64,000 bases of DNA, taken from positions 1 to 64,000 of the forward strand of contig CDMY01000698.1 of assembly GCA_001179505.1 (NCBI GenBank), read 5' to 3'. Source of the stretch: Vitrella brassicaformis CCMP3155. Taxonomy: Eukaryota > Protista > Chromerida. The notes beneath the pieces are model-generated. The model was given only the letters and a program-made list of their open reading frames with translations. It made no database searches and was not told the DNA's origin. This document shows positions 49,117 through 60,400 of this stretch, piece by piece (position 1 is the stretch's first letter; every line of letters starts with the position of its first letter). The position numbers and the translations under genes are program-made.

Positions 49117-50916
49117 GCGCGTGTGTGGTATCTTTTGCGGGGGCCCATCTTGGTTGGTCGTTTTTTATCACTCGTCCGTAGCCTAGCCACTAGAGCCGCC
49201 ATAGCTGTCGCGTTAGGAGAGAGGCAACGGGAAAGAACACATCTCTGTCTGTGGGTGTGCGTGCCATGGGTCGAAGTTTTCCTCCTCACCTGCCTGAGGG
49301 GCGCGTCGATCTCCTGCGGGGGATTGAGTCGCTCTTTGGGAAGGTCAGGGGGAGGACTGCAGACACGGCACGTGTGAGAGCATCCATCTCCCTTTCCATC
49401 CATTCATCCATCAGCTGTCCTACCTAGCATCTTCTCGTCTGTCTCTTGATTGTGGTGGTGCATAGGTATCCGTCCATCGTACTGCGTGTCTGCGGGTGGG
49501 ATGTGGGGGGGATGAATCGTGTTTATGCATTCTGCAAGCAACAAACACGACACGGACACAACGAACGAACGAGGGAGGGGGGGGGTCACTCACTCAGTCA
49601 CAAACTCAGTCACTCAGCCACTGCGTGATGCTATTTATCCATCCATCCATCCATCCTGTCTATCTTTCCATCATCATATCGCTTTCTCATATCGCTTTAT
49701 CGCCGACCGACCTCCATAGCCTTACTACCCACCATAGTGTCTGGCCTGGCTGTTGTCTATGTATGTGTATCTATCGTGCGGCAACGCCCACGTCTCACTA
49801 GCTAAGCTCACTTTTTGCAGCATAGCAAACAACCCACTCCCTCCCCTCCCTCCAGTCCGATCACTTTCTAGAGACCGATTGATGCGTCCATAGATATCGC
49901 TCTCCATATCGCTTTCACGTCCATGCGTGGCTTCCTGTGTGTGTATGTATGTATGTGTGTAATCTAGCTAGGGCTTGTGTGTGCACCGACCCCATGTCGG
50001 TGCTGTTTTTGGAGCAGAGAGAGGGGAGGGGCAATTGGGGGTGGAAGTGAGAGAGGGTGGGGGTGGGTTGGGAAACGAGAGAGAGAGTCAAGGTCTTTGC
50101 TTCAAGAAGACTGGCTGGCTTCCTGTCTCATCCACACAAACAAACACACACATACACACACACACACACACACGTACTGGACACTGCATGCCTTTTGATG
50201 GTTTTGTAGCAGCTGTCTAGGCTGTGGGGGAGGTGGGTGATGGACAGACAGCGCAAAAGTCAAACAGACTCGCGGGAATTAAACATAGCCATCACGGCCC
50301 ATCAGTGCAGATCGCTCAACAAACCTCATCCACACACCTTCGCAGCAGCAACCTCCGCGCCTTCTCGGTTCTCCCGAACCCTTTAGGTGTCATGGTACAG
50401 ATTTCGTATGGGTTTGTGTTGGATAGGATGGAAAGGGCTGGGGGGGCGTACGGCTGATGTGGAGCCGAGGATGCCATTGAATGAACGAACGAGTCAAGAA
50501 ATATATGTAGGTGCACATCTAGTCAGTCAGTCGGCACACTCAGGCAGACACGCGAACGACGCATTATCCACACACCAGAGCAGACAGGCAGGCAGGCAGG
50601 CAGGCGCGCACGTCACACACGCACGCCACAGACCCACAACCTATACACCCACACTGAGAACACACATACATACCCCAGCGCATCCACACGATTCGCTCAC
50701 GTATAGCTACGAAACACAAAGATGAAGAGGGTTTAAAAAAAAAAAAAGGCGCCGTCTTACTGTCAGTTCACGGGCCACCCAGGCCAAGGAAGAACTCAGG
50801 GCAGGATGGCATGTCCCAGTCGACATCAATGACGAGAAGATCATCATCATCGTCATCCGAATCGTCTGCCTCAATCCATCGTACAGCCCATTTTTCACCC
50901 ATCAATGCAGCGCGCT

Positions 50917-52134
50917 TCATGTCCTTTCGAGTAAGATAGCTAAGAGTGCTTGTGCATAGGCCCTGTCGTCGACCGGGAGAGTTGGGAGAGTTTCTCGAGG
51001 TGGGGGCGGTGCTGCTGCATCACTCGTCCGTATCAAGTGCACGTGATCGATGTGCCTGGAGATTTCTGGTTGCCATCGGCCATCCCTGAGCTCCCAGCTG
51101 TCGGAGACTGAGAACCTGCGACTGCAAAACAACAGAAGAAGAAAAGAGTGAGCGTCGAGACATTCAGCCTGCCGACCTCGCTGTGGCCTCATACGCCGCG
51201 ACAAAGATCTTCTTGGTCGGAACAGCCTGCCTGATGGACTGCAATGCCGGCATGAAGTCCCCGTCACCACTGAACAGGATCACGGGATCGATGTCATCAC
51301 GCAATGCAGCCTCCAAGAGGCACATGGCGATCATGACGTCTCCTCCCCTCTGCACATGGTCTTCCTGCATGCATCGGCAGTTGTGGCACCTCACCTCCCT
51401 CGATTTCAGCCCTATCGTCTTGATCTTGAAGCGGCACGGGCTCCGTCTTCTTCCCAGCCGATTGTGAAGCTCTGCCATCCTCCTGGAGTCATTTCCCAAC
51501 TGCCGCCTTCTGTAGTCCAGCTCCTCTCCGCTGTAGCGATTCTCGAGGTGTCGAGAAATGAACCGCTTGTACTCCTGCGGGTCGACATTGACGAAGATGG
51601 TGTGGTCCGTGACCAGCTGCATAGATCTTCCTGTATTTGCCTCGAAGGCGACAAGCATCTCTCGAATATGCGCCTCGAAGTCGTGGTGCCGCATAAGCCT
51701 GCGCTCATGCTTCTCGAAGCCTTTCAGAGCATTCGCCCCATCCACAATCAGAGCACAGCGAAGGCTGTGACCCTGAAAAAGACAAGCGCAGTCGCGATAC
51801 ACACCTTCCTCCCCACCCGGCAACACGGACTCACCTGTTGTCGAGTGTACGCCGCTGAGCTGGCTGCCATCGTCATGGCATACCGCCTGAGGCAAAACGA
51901 ACCAGATGGACACTGACAGATCTTTCAATTCTGTGGTTCCCAAGTGGGTCAGGAAGCCCAGGATAGTGTCAGGAATCTCACCACTGATGCGAGAGGGATG
52001 GCGGGAGGATGTGTGTCAAGGAGATCGCCGTGAAACCGCTCTCTCCCCGCAAAGGCAGCGAAGATGGCCGGATCTCTCCGGCGTGATGTGTGCTTGCGAC
52101 GGCGGAGGAAGGCATCTACCGTCAGGCTGGCCAT
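50917..52134 (-). CDS. NYN-domain (LabA/PIN-like) putative ribonuclease
   Basis: LIVDGAN, VQRGGDVMIA, ILFSGDGDFMP, KKIFVAAY, ISRHIDHVHL match the NYN motif order. Confidence 0.85.
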
Positions 52135-53645
52135 CGGGCTGCTCCTGACCCTGCATCAGTCGCTGGCCTATCAGGTGCGCAGGTGCAACCGCAGTGACTC
52201 ATGAGCCGATGACAATATGCAACGCCCTCTCATCTGTGCTTGTGTGGATTGCTTCTCTGCAGCTGCTGGAGCTCGTCAAGGTGACCCACTTGAGAGCTCC
52301 ACTTCGGTCGTGCAATCTGCTTTGTTGGTTTGATTGTCTGTCTGGCTCGAGCGGTGCAGCTCTACGGTCGTCTGAGTGAGCATGACTACTCCCTGGGCCA
52401 CAGGGACGAGTACGGCAAGGTGCCATGGCCCGAACCTTACGCGACAGGTAGAAGGACCAGTTAGCAATGAGAGCGCATTCACGCCTGCATTATGTGTGTG
52501 TGTGTGTGTGTGTGGAGTGCAGGCATCTCGAAGGTGGCCCGCAGCGAGATCGGCTACGCCCTGTCTGAGGGCGGCAGCGCCAGCCGACCCCTCTACAAGA
52601 CGGCAAACTGGTACCCACCGCCACGACATCCACGCCGTCACCTGCCTGGATGTGGTGCTTTCTGCCTGCAGGGATCTGCTGTTCGGGGAGGACCTAGAGG
52701 GCTCATCGGAGGCCAGTAGCCGGGGTGGTGGCAGGGGCGGTGGAGGTGGCGGGGGAGGGGGAGGGGGCGGCGGGTCGCGGTCAGCTCTATCGGCTTTGAG
52801 TGCCAAGAGCCGGCTGACACGGGACCAGTTCCACGCCCGAGTGCCCTATCTGCCATTCAAATGGGTATGCAGCCGGGCAGGGCAAGCAACAGGACGGAAG
52901 AGCCAGCCATGTGGTCGATGGGTGTGTCTTGTCTGTCTGTCTGTCGGTGTGGTGTGGTGTGGTGTGGTGTGTGTGTCCTGGATGGATGAGTGCAGCCTCT
53001 TGATCGGTCGGGTCGTTTGCACCGTGTGTATGAGGAGGTGGCCGAGCGGACGGGATACGACACATCCACCGAAGGCAGACAGGTGAGGGACCAAGCTGGG
53101 GCAACAGACACGAACATGAGCCAACAGACCAATGTCTGTCTGTCTGTCCTTTGTCTGTCTCCACCACACAGGGTGTGAATGTCTATCTGAGCGGCCCATA
53201 CATCTCCGCTGAGGCGCTCGACTCCGTCTTTGATGCGTATCACTGAGAGAAAGGGGGCCGCCAACAGCGGCCGCGACGCGGCATTCTGTGTGTGTGTGTG
53301 TGTGTGTGTGTGTTTGGTCAGTTTCGCTGGCGGCAAGAACTGGTTGAGCAAAGAGGAGTTCAACCAGCGGCTGATGGAGTGGGCGGCGGACGGATCAGTG
53401 CCCAACGGCCACACCACACACAGATCAAGTATGGGCAGACGGACGGACCAACACATGACGGAGGACTTGACGGCGTTGTCTGTGTCTGTCTGTGTGTGTG
53501 TCTGTTGTCTGTCTGTGAGCACACAGGGGGCTGCGTTGACGTGTGGTGTCTGTTGAAGCATCTGGCGGTGAAGCCCCACGACCTGCGAGCGTATGCCCTC
53601 AGCCCGGCCGCCGTCAACCACGCCAGCACGACGGCCGACGAGTAG
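52064..53645 (+). CDS. Hypothetical protein with basic/hydrophobic leader and poly-Gly tract, about 8 exons
   Basis: MAGSLRRDVCLRRRRKASTVRLAIGLLLTLHQSLAYQ, then in-phase exons LLELVK, LYGRLSEHDY..., GISKVARSEIGY...NW, DLLFGED..., PLDRSGRLH..., GVNVYLSG..., FAGGKNWLSKEEF..., GCVDVWC...*. Confidence 0.6.
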
Positions 53646-53860
53646 ACAGAAAACGATGTATAGTGCAATGCAGACCGATACAGACATACAGTTAACCGTT
53701 TGTGTATGTCGTCCGTCATATGTATAATCAATGCACTCACTCACACGGATTGAGGAATGGCTATACACAACACACATGACGAGCCCTTTGGTAGGCGTGT
53801 GCCACTCTTACTCCACCTCACCCCATCCGATCAGATCCGATCCATCATCGGCTGTCTGCC

Positions 53861-56800
53861 TCACCACCTGACCTTTCCGTTACCCCCACCTCCCCGCCTC
53901 CCATCCAGCGAGAACGCGCTCGCTGACCGGCCCAAACTCCTGCCGGGCTGACCCCCACCACCACCACCAACGCCGCTCCTCTTCTTCGAGTAGTAGTTCC
54001 TCAGCAGAAAGGCAGCCACACGATCGTTGGCCTCGCTGCTGTGGTGGGAGGAGGCACCAACGACTGACCCATCTCGTCTCCCGTGGTCACCATGCATCCG
54101 GCCGCCGCCCTTGGTGGCTGATCGAGAGTCGGTGGGCTGCTGCTGTGGTGGTGTGGGCAGCCGAATGGGGAGGTTCAGAGGGGGCACGTTGACAGGGCGG
54201 CCAGACGGCGACCGCGACAAGAGGCTGGCGAAGGGCGGGTGGGTGCTGGAGTGAGCCGGTGGGGGGCGGTGCGACGTGTCTGTGTCAGAGGGCGAGTACT
54301 CATCGGCTTGGGCCATGATGGATGACGACGCTGACCGAAGACCGACAAGGTGACCGTTCTGTACCCCCAGAACCCCACACAACACAAACAGAACCACACA
54401 AATCAAAGAAGGATTGAGGGTGTTGACACGCCTGCCTCCGCCTCACCTCTGATAGTGTCTTCATAGCAGGCCGGGCGGCAGCCTCCTTCTCCCTCACCGC
54501 CTCTGATGCGTCAGCTGGCGCATGAGGCGACAGCTCATCCCCAGGGGCGATCTCCGACAGCACAGCATGGGGCAGCCGCCGAACCAGAGACGCCTGGAGC
54601 GCACGATCGAGCAACGCGTCCACCTGCCGCACCTCATCGTCACCACCAGCCAATGGAGAACCGCTCAACCCATCAGAAGCACCAGCACCAGCACCCCCGC
54701 CCTCTTCGGATGGAGCCGAGGATGCCGGAAAGGACACCGTGACGGCCGGCCGGTTGCCGCCACTGCCGTCGCCGCGATACATCCGCAGAGAAGGTGGCAC
54801 ACCCGACTGCGCCTCTGGCGGCAATGGTGGGAGAGCTGGTGGGGTGCGATGATGGGCGGGCTGCACCGGGTGGTCGGGGGAAATGGAGAGCGGTGCGAGT
54901 GGTGGCGAGCTCTCGGCAGCTGTGGGCTTTGGGACGGTCTGAGGGCGGGGCGGCTTGGCGTTTGGCTGGCGAAGCACTTGCATCAGCTGACAGACAGACA
55001 GACAGATCAGAGATAAACGAGAAAATGGTTTGTTGGCTTCTTCTGTGTCTGCTGCGGATCGCCCTGTCACCGGTGCAGCTGACCTGTGCAGTTGCATCCT
55101 TGTAGAGGGAGTCTAGGTGTTTGTTGAGCTGCTCCTCGTAGTCGAGGCGCCTCTTGAGGCTCGCGAGCGTCGACAGCCACCGATGGTGGTCCGCCTGCAC
55201 TCACACACACATACACACACACATGTAACTAAGGTATTGCCTACATCCATATGCCGCACAAAGTGCCTGTGAATGTCCGACCTTGTGCTGCGCCTGCAGG
55301 GCTTCGAGGACATCTCTTTGACTCGACGTGGCCACGGCCGATGCACTGCACACGTGGCCACACGAACAGTAAGTGAAATGACCGAGATGAAATCGAGAGA
55401 TTCGAGATCGCATTCGACCCACTTGGCTCGCTGCACAAATCGATTCCAGCGCGTCCATGCAGTCGTCAAGCTCCTCCGAAACACCCAGCCGACTCTCCTG
55501 CAGAAGACAAGAGCCAAAACCACAAGAAATGACGCAATAGACGGGTGTTTGCAGCCTTCGCACCTGGATAATATCCCCGCAGCCTTCATCGTCCTACCAG
55601 CAGCGACCCGTCCCCGCAGCGACTCCCACACAGGCGCACAAACACGCCTCCTGGCCTTCAACAGGCGGTCGGCCAGGACCGATGCCAAGGCACTGATGGG
55701 GGTGGCCGTCTGGGCGAGCATCTGTCCGTCTCTGTGTGGGTGCATGGCTGCCCGCCAGCCCACGAGAGCCCGCCACCTCCTGCTGGTGTGCAGCCTGGTG
55801 ACCAGCCTGCGGAGGGCGTCCTTGCTGCGTCTGGTTGTGTCGCGCCATGCGGCTATGATGGCGTGGAGTGAGCGCTGCTGCTGCACGAGGGCGAGGTGCT
55901 GCTGGTGGGTCTCGATGAGCTTCCACTGCTTGACATCCTTGTCGTGCAACAACCTGACACACACACACACACACACACAGGGGAAATTGCGTGGTCCCGT
56001 GCAGTTGGTTGTGTTGGTTTTGCTCACTTGTTCCTCTCCTCCCGCATGAGGTCGCACCCCTGTGCCAGCAGCTTGGCAGCATGCACACAGTCGCGGCGTA
56101 TGGTGCCGACCAGCTCACTCGGGGGATCTCTGATCGTTGGTTGACCAACAATAAGACAAGACAGACACCAGCGGCATGAGGGCAGCCGTGCCAGCCAGCA
56201 CTTCCCTTCCTTCGTGCACTTCTCCTCCGTCACCTGTACAGCTCCCCCAGACGTCTGAATGCCTCCGCGTGCTTGACCTTCGCCGCCTTGCGCAGCACCT
56301 CCAGCCCTCCAGCGGGGTCACGCACTGTGGAGCCGCCCAAAGTGCCCTCCAGATAGCCACAGCCCAGAGCATACAGACACTCCGGGTCTCCCAAGTCAGC
56401 ACCGCGACGCAGCCAGCGCACTCGCTCAAGCTGAACAGAAACACATACAGGGGGAATGTCTGGGCGCTTGGTCAATCGGGTCGAGTAGCTGTGGTGGTTT
56501 CCTCACCTGTCTGGCGCTGTTTTCCTTCGAGCGTGCCGCGAGCGACTGCGGCGCGTCATCGAGCTTGGCCAACAGAGGACACGCCGAGGCCTATGGACAC
56601 ACACGCGCGCGCGTAGGCAGACCACACACAGTCTGTGTACTCATCATTGAGTCGGCAATCCAATCCAGTCCATCGCCCACCTCATCCTGGTCGGCAGCAC
56701 GGATGAGCATCTGCCTAGCGGTGACCGGGTCCTTCGGGCCAAGGATGCCCTGCTGCTTGACGCGCGCCAGCTCCACCAGTGCCCTGCCGTGGCCTGATGA

Positions 56801-57440
56801 TGCCGCCCTAGTCAGGTAGGTGCTGTAGCCCTCCACATCAACACACTGACCCTCCTTGGACAACTTTGCCAGCACTGACGGATGGATAGATGGATGGATG
56901 GATGGACACATACACACACACGCGCAGCAGGGGGTGAATGGATCATTCGTTGACCTTACGGCTTCTCGTGGTTGAATTTCCTTACCGAATGAGGCCTCTG
57001 CGTAGCCCATCTGCGCCGACTCTTTGAGATGCCTCACAGCAGCCTTGACGCATACCGGCACACCGCCTTCCCCGCACAGGTGCCTGAGGCCGGTCATGTA
57101 AGCCTTCTCGGCGGCTGCATGATGAGTGCCGCGCAGCCGCGCACCGCCGACCCCTTGGCTCTCTGTCATGGTTTGGCGCTCATCGGCGAGAAGTGGCTTC
57201 TCTGCGAGCTTGGCGCATGAATTCTTAGATCGTTGCCGTTGAACGGTTTGACCCGTTTTCTCCCTTCCCTCCCTGTCTTCGGACTGGGCCAACGTTCCTT
57301 CCTTGTCTTTGTATAGCTGCTTGGTCTCTACGTGGCATAAACGCCACGTTCTGTACAGAAAAGGCCGACAAGCAGCTCCCCCACCCCACCCCCCCACCCC
57401 CTCCCTCTCTCAACGCTCCTTCCTTTCCCCTGGACGCCAT
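53861..57440 (-). CDS. Sel1-repeat protein apparently continuing into a Trp/Arg-rich helical region and Pro/Ser-rich tail
   Basis: Sel1-like repeats AVRHLKESAQMGYAEA, YLTRAASSGHGRALVELA, WLRRGADLGDPECLYALG, VLRKAAKVKHAEAFRRLG; junction AA|gtgag...cag|G joins in phase to LLHDKDVKQW.... Confidence 0.7.
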
Positions 57441-57469
57441 CCTCCTGCTTGACTTGTGAGTGTCACAGC

Positions 57470-60400
57470 ATGGGGCGCACCATGCTGTTGCTGACCCTGC
57501 TGCTTGTGGGGCTCCTCAACGGGGGCCTCGCACAGCCGGGCAAGACTAACGTAAGCACTGCACAGAAACAGAGGGAGGGGGAGGGGAGGGGCGGCGAGGG
57601 GGTGGGTGCCTCGTGCAGTGGAGGGCCAGGAGGCCTGGGGGTCGCTCTTTTCTGGCTGGATTCTCCGCGTGTGTGTTGCCTTGGTGTCTTGGTGTCTTGG
57701 TGCAGGTGACTGATGTCTACCCCCGCCGGGGCTCTCTCATGGGCGGCACATACGGTCAGCCAGCACACGGGGGAAACGGAGAAACGGAATGGGGGGGTGG
57801 GGCAGAAGACGATGTCTTTCTTGTCTTTTCCCTGTGTGTCGGTCAGTCTGGGTGGAGGGAACTGGTCTTGACGCTCAGGACCGTGACGAGCTCGAGGCCT
57901 CTTCGTCCGTTGTCTACCTCGGTAAGACAGCGAGCGACACACACCAAGTGTAGTGGGCACTCACTTGCTCTTCTCTTCTGGCGTGTGTCTCACTCCCTCC
58001 CTCGTGGATGTGTTGTGTGCAGGTACCACCCCTTGCGACATCATTGAGTACGACCACACCTCCCGTCAGATCAAGTGCGAGACCAGGCCTCGAGTGGACG
58101 AAAGCGGCGCCCTCGCCCCTGTCAACAACTTGGAAATCCAGGTGTACATCATCACACCCATCTGGTCCTCACAGGTACGATGGATGCCAGCGGGGTGGTT
58201 GTGAGGGGGGGAGAAGAGCAAGGCAAGTCGGCCTTTGTGTGTGTGTGGTGTTTGGTGGGGTGTGTATATAGATTGTTGCGACGGACAAGTACGACTACCG
58301 GTGGGACAACACGCCCGTGGTTGAGTGGATGAAGTACGCCACCACCGCCGGCAGCACCTTCAGGATCACAGGAGACTTCAGGGGTCAGTCAGTGCAGACA
58401 CCCATCCCGTCCTGCACACAGACGCAGACATCTATCTGTCTCCATACCGTTTCTTCCTTTGTGTGTGTCACGTCAGGGTGCAACGACCCCTCGTGTGTGG
58501 ACCACCACTCCATCAAGGTGGGCGCTGAGGGATGTGAGATGCTCAAGGAGGAGGACGACAGAAACAAGGACCCCAGGCACGGATTGCACACACAGCCCCC
58601 CAAGCCCCCCCACCCACTTATCCATCCCTCATACTGTATGGCTCTCTCTGCAGGTATGGCCTGGAGTGCAAGGTGTACGAGGAGGTTGCAGCGGGCCGCC
58701 ACACCATCGAGCACAAGAACCAGGACACCGACGACACCTGGAGCGGCTACGGCCGCGCCTACATCGAGCCCGAGGCCTACCAGTATGACGTCAACACTGG
58801 CGAGGGGTGGCACGTCACCATCTACCCGGAGGTCACAGACGTCCTCCCCCCCACATCCGGCAAAAATGGAGGAGATGTCGTCGAAATTCACGTACGCACA
58901 CATACACACGCCGGAGCGAGATCCTCTCCTGCACTGCACGCGCCCGTCTGGTGTGTCTGTCTGTTGTTTGTTTGCAGGGCACATCTTTCCCGTCTTTCTT
59001 CGATGCCAACACGTCCGTCTCCGTCACGCTCGACGGCGTCACCTGTGAGGTCACCGACGTGACCTTCGACAAGATCACCTGCACCGCCGGGCCCTCACCC
59101 GCAACGTCCCGCAGACTCCAGACCAACGACACTGTGACCACCACAATCGCCCCCACAACCATCCCCGTGACCACCACCACCGCCCCCGAGGCCACTGTCA
59201 CCACCACAGAGGCACCGACAGTCGCACCGACCGTCGCACCGACCACCACGGCCGCACCCACAGCGGCTCCTGCACCCGCCCCGATCACCCTGTCCGGCAG
59301 TTGGAAGCTGGGCCCGCGTGGTATCCCTGTCCACGTGTTTGAGAAGGACAACTCTGCCAACACAATCTCACAGGTGGGCGAGGGAGGAGCAGCGGAAGGG
59401 CAGCAGGCGGGGCGGCAGGCAGGGACAGACAGGTCTGGTGGTGCCTCTGTGTGTCTGTGTGCAGCGTACAGTTCAGACGAGGGCCCACCTGAAAACGGAC
59501 GGCTACAACTATGGCGAGGAGTCTGTCGTGTACTTCATCCCTCCCGTCACTGGCAAGTACAGCTTCTACTCCACCTCTGACGACTCCTCCAAGACCCAGT
59601 AAGCTCATTGTCGAGCTAGAGAGATCTGGGGTGCACATGTGTGTGTACGGCGTGTTGTGTTGTGGTCGTCTGTCAGCTTGTCGATGAGCAACGACCTGTC
59701 TTCGATGGACAAGCTGACGGAGATCGAGGACCACTGCCGCGACAGCGACAATTACTGGTACCACGAGACGGGCCAGATCTCTTCCAAGAAGACACTCACC
59801 GCCAACACGCCCTACCTCATGAGAATCGAACACACACAGGTACCTCCCTCCCCCTCTCCCTCCCTCCCTCCGTGTGTCCTCATGTGTGTCTGCGTGTGTG
59901 TGTTTGGCTGGCTGCAGCATGGCGGCGGTGCATACTTCCGTCTTGCCGCGCGCATCGAGAACGTGCCTGACATGAACACCGACGCCAAGAGGAGCCTGCG
60001 CAACTACAAGTCGGTGTTTGAGGTGGTGGAGCTCAAGTTCAACCAGGATCCCGCCACCAAGCCCTGGGGCATCGGAGGCAGGAACACGCTGAGAGAGGAG
60101 GGATCTTCATACCTGGGATGTGTGTGTCTGTGTCTGTGTCTGTTTGTATCTTTTAGGTTCGTTCCGCCTGGACTTCAACGGCCAGAGCACTGAGATGAGT
60201 GCCGGCGGCATCCGCGCGTGGAAGATCGCCAACAAGCTGAGAGACTGGGGAGTCAAAATCGCCGACGTACGCCAGAGGAGACGCCCGCCAAAAACACGGC
60301 AATGCCCCTGTCTGTCTTTGTGTGCTTCTGTCTACAGAGCTGGGACGGCAAGGACGGCGCCATGATCATCCGCTTCGGCCAGCCGGGCAGCAGCAAGGGC

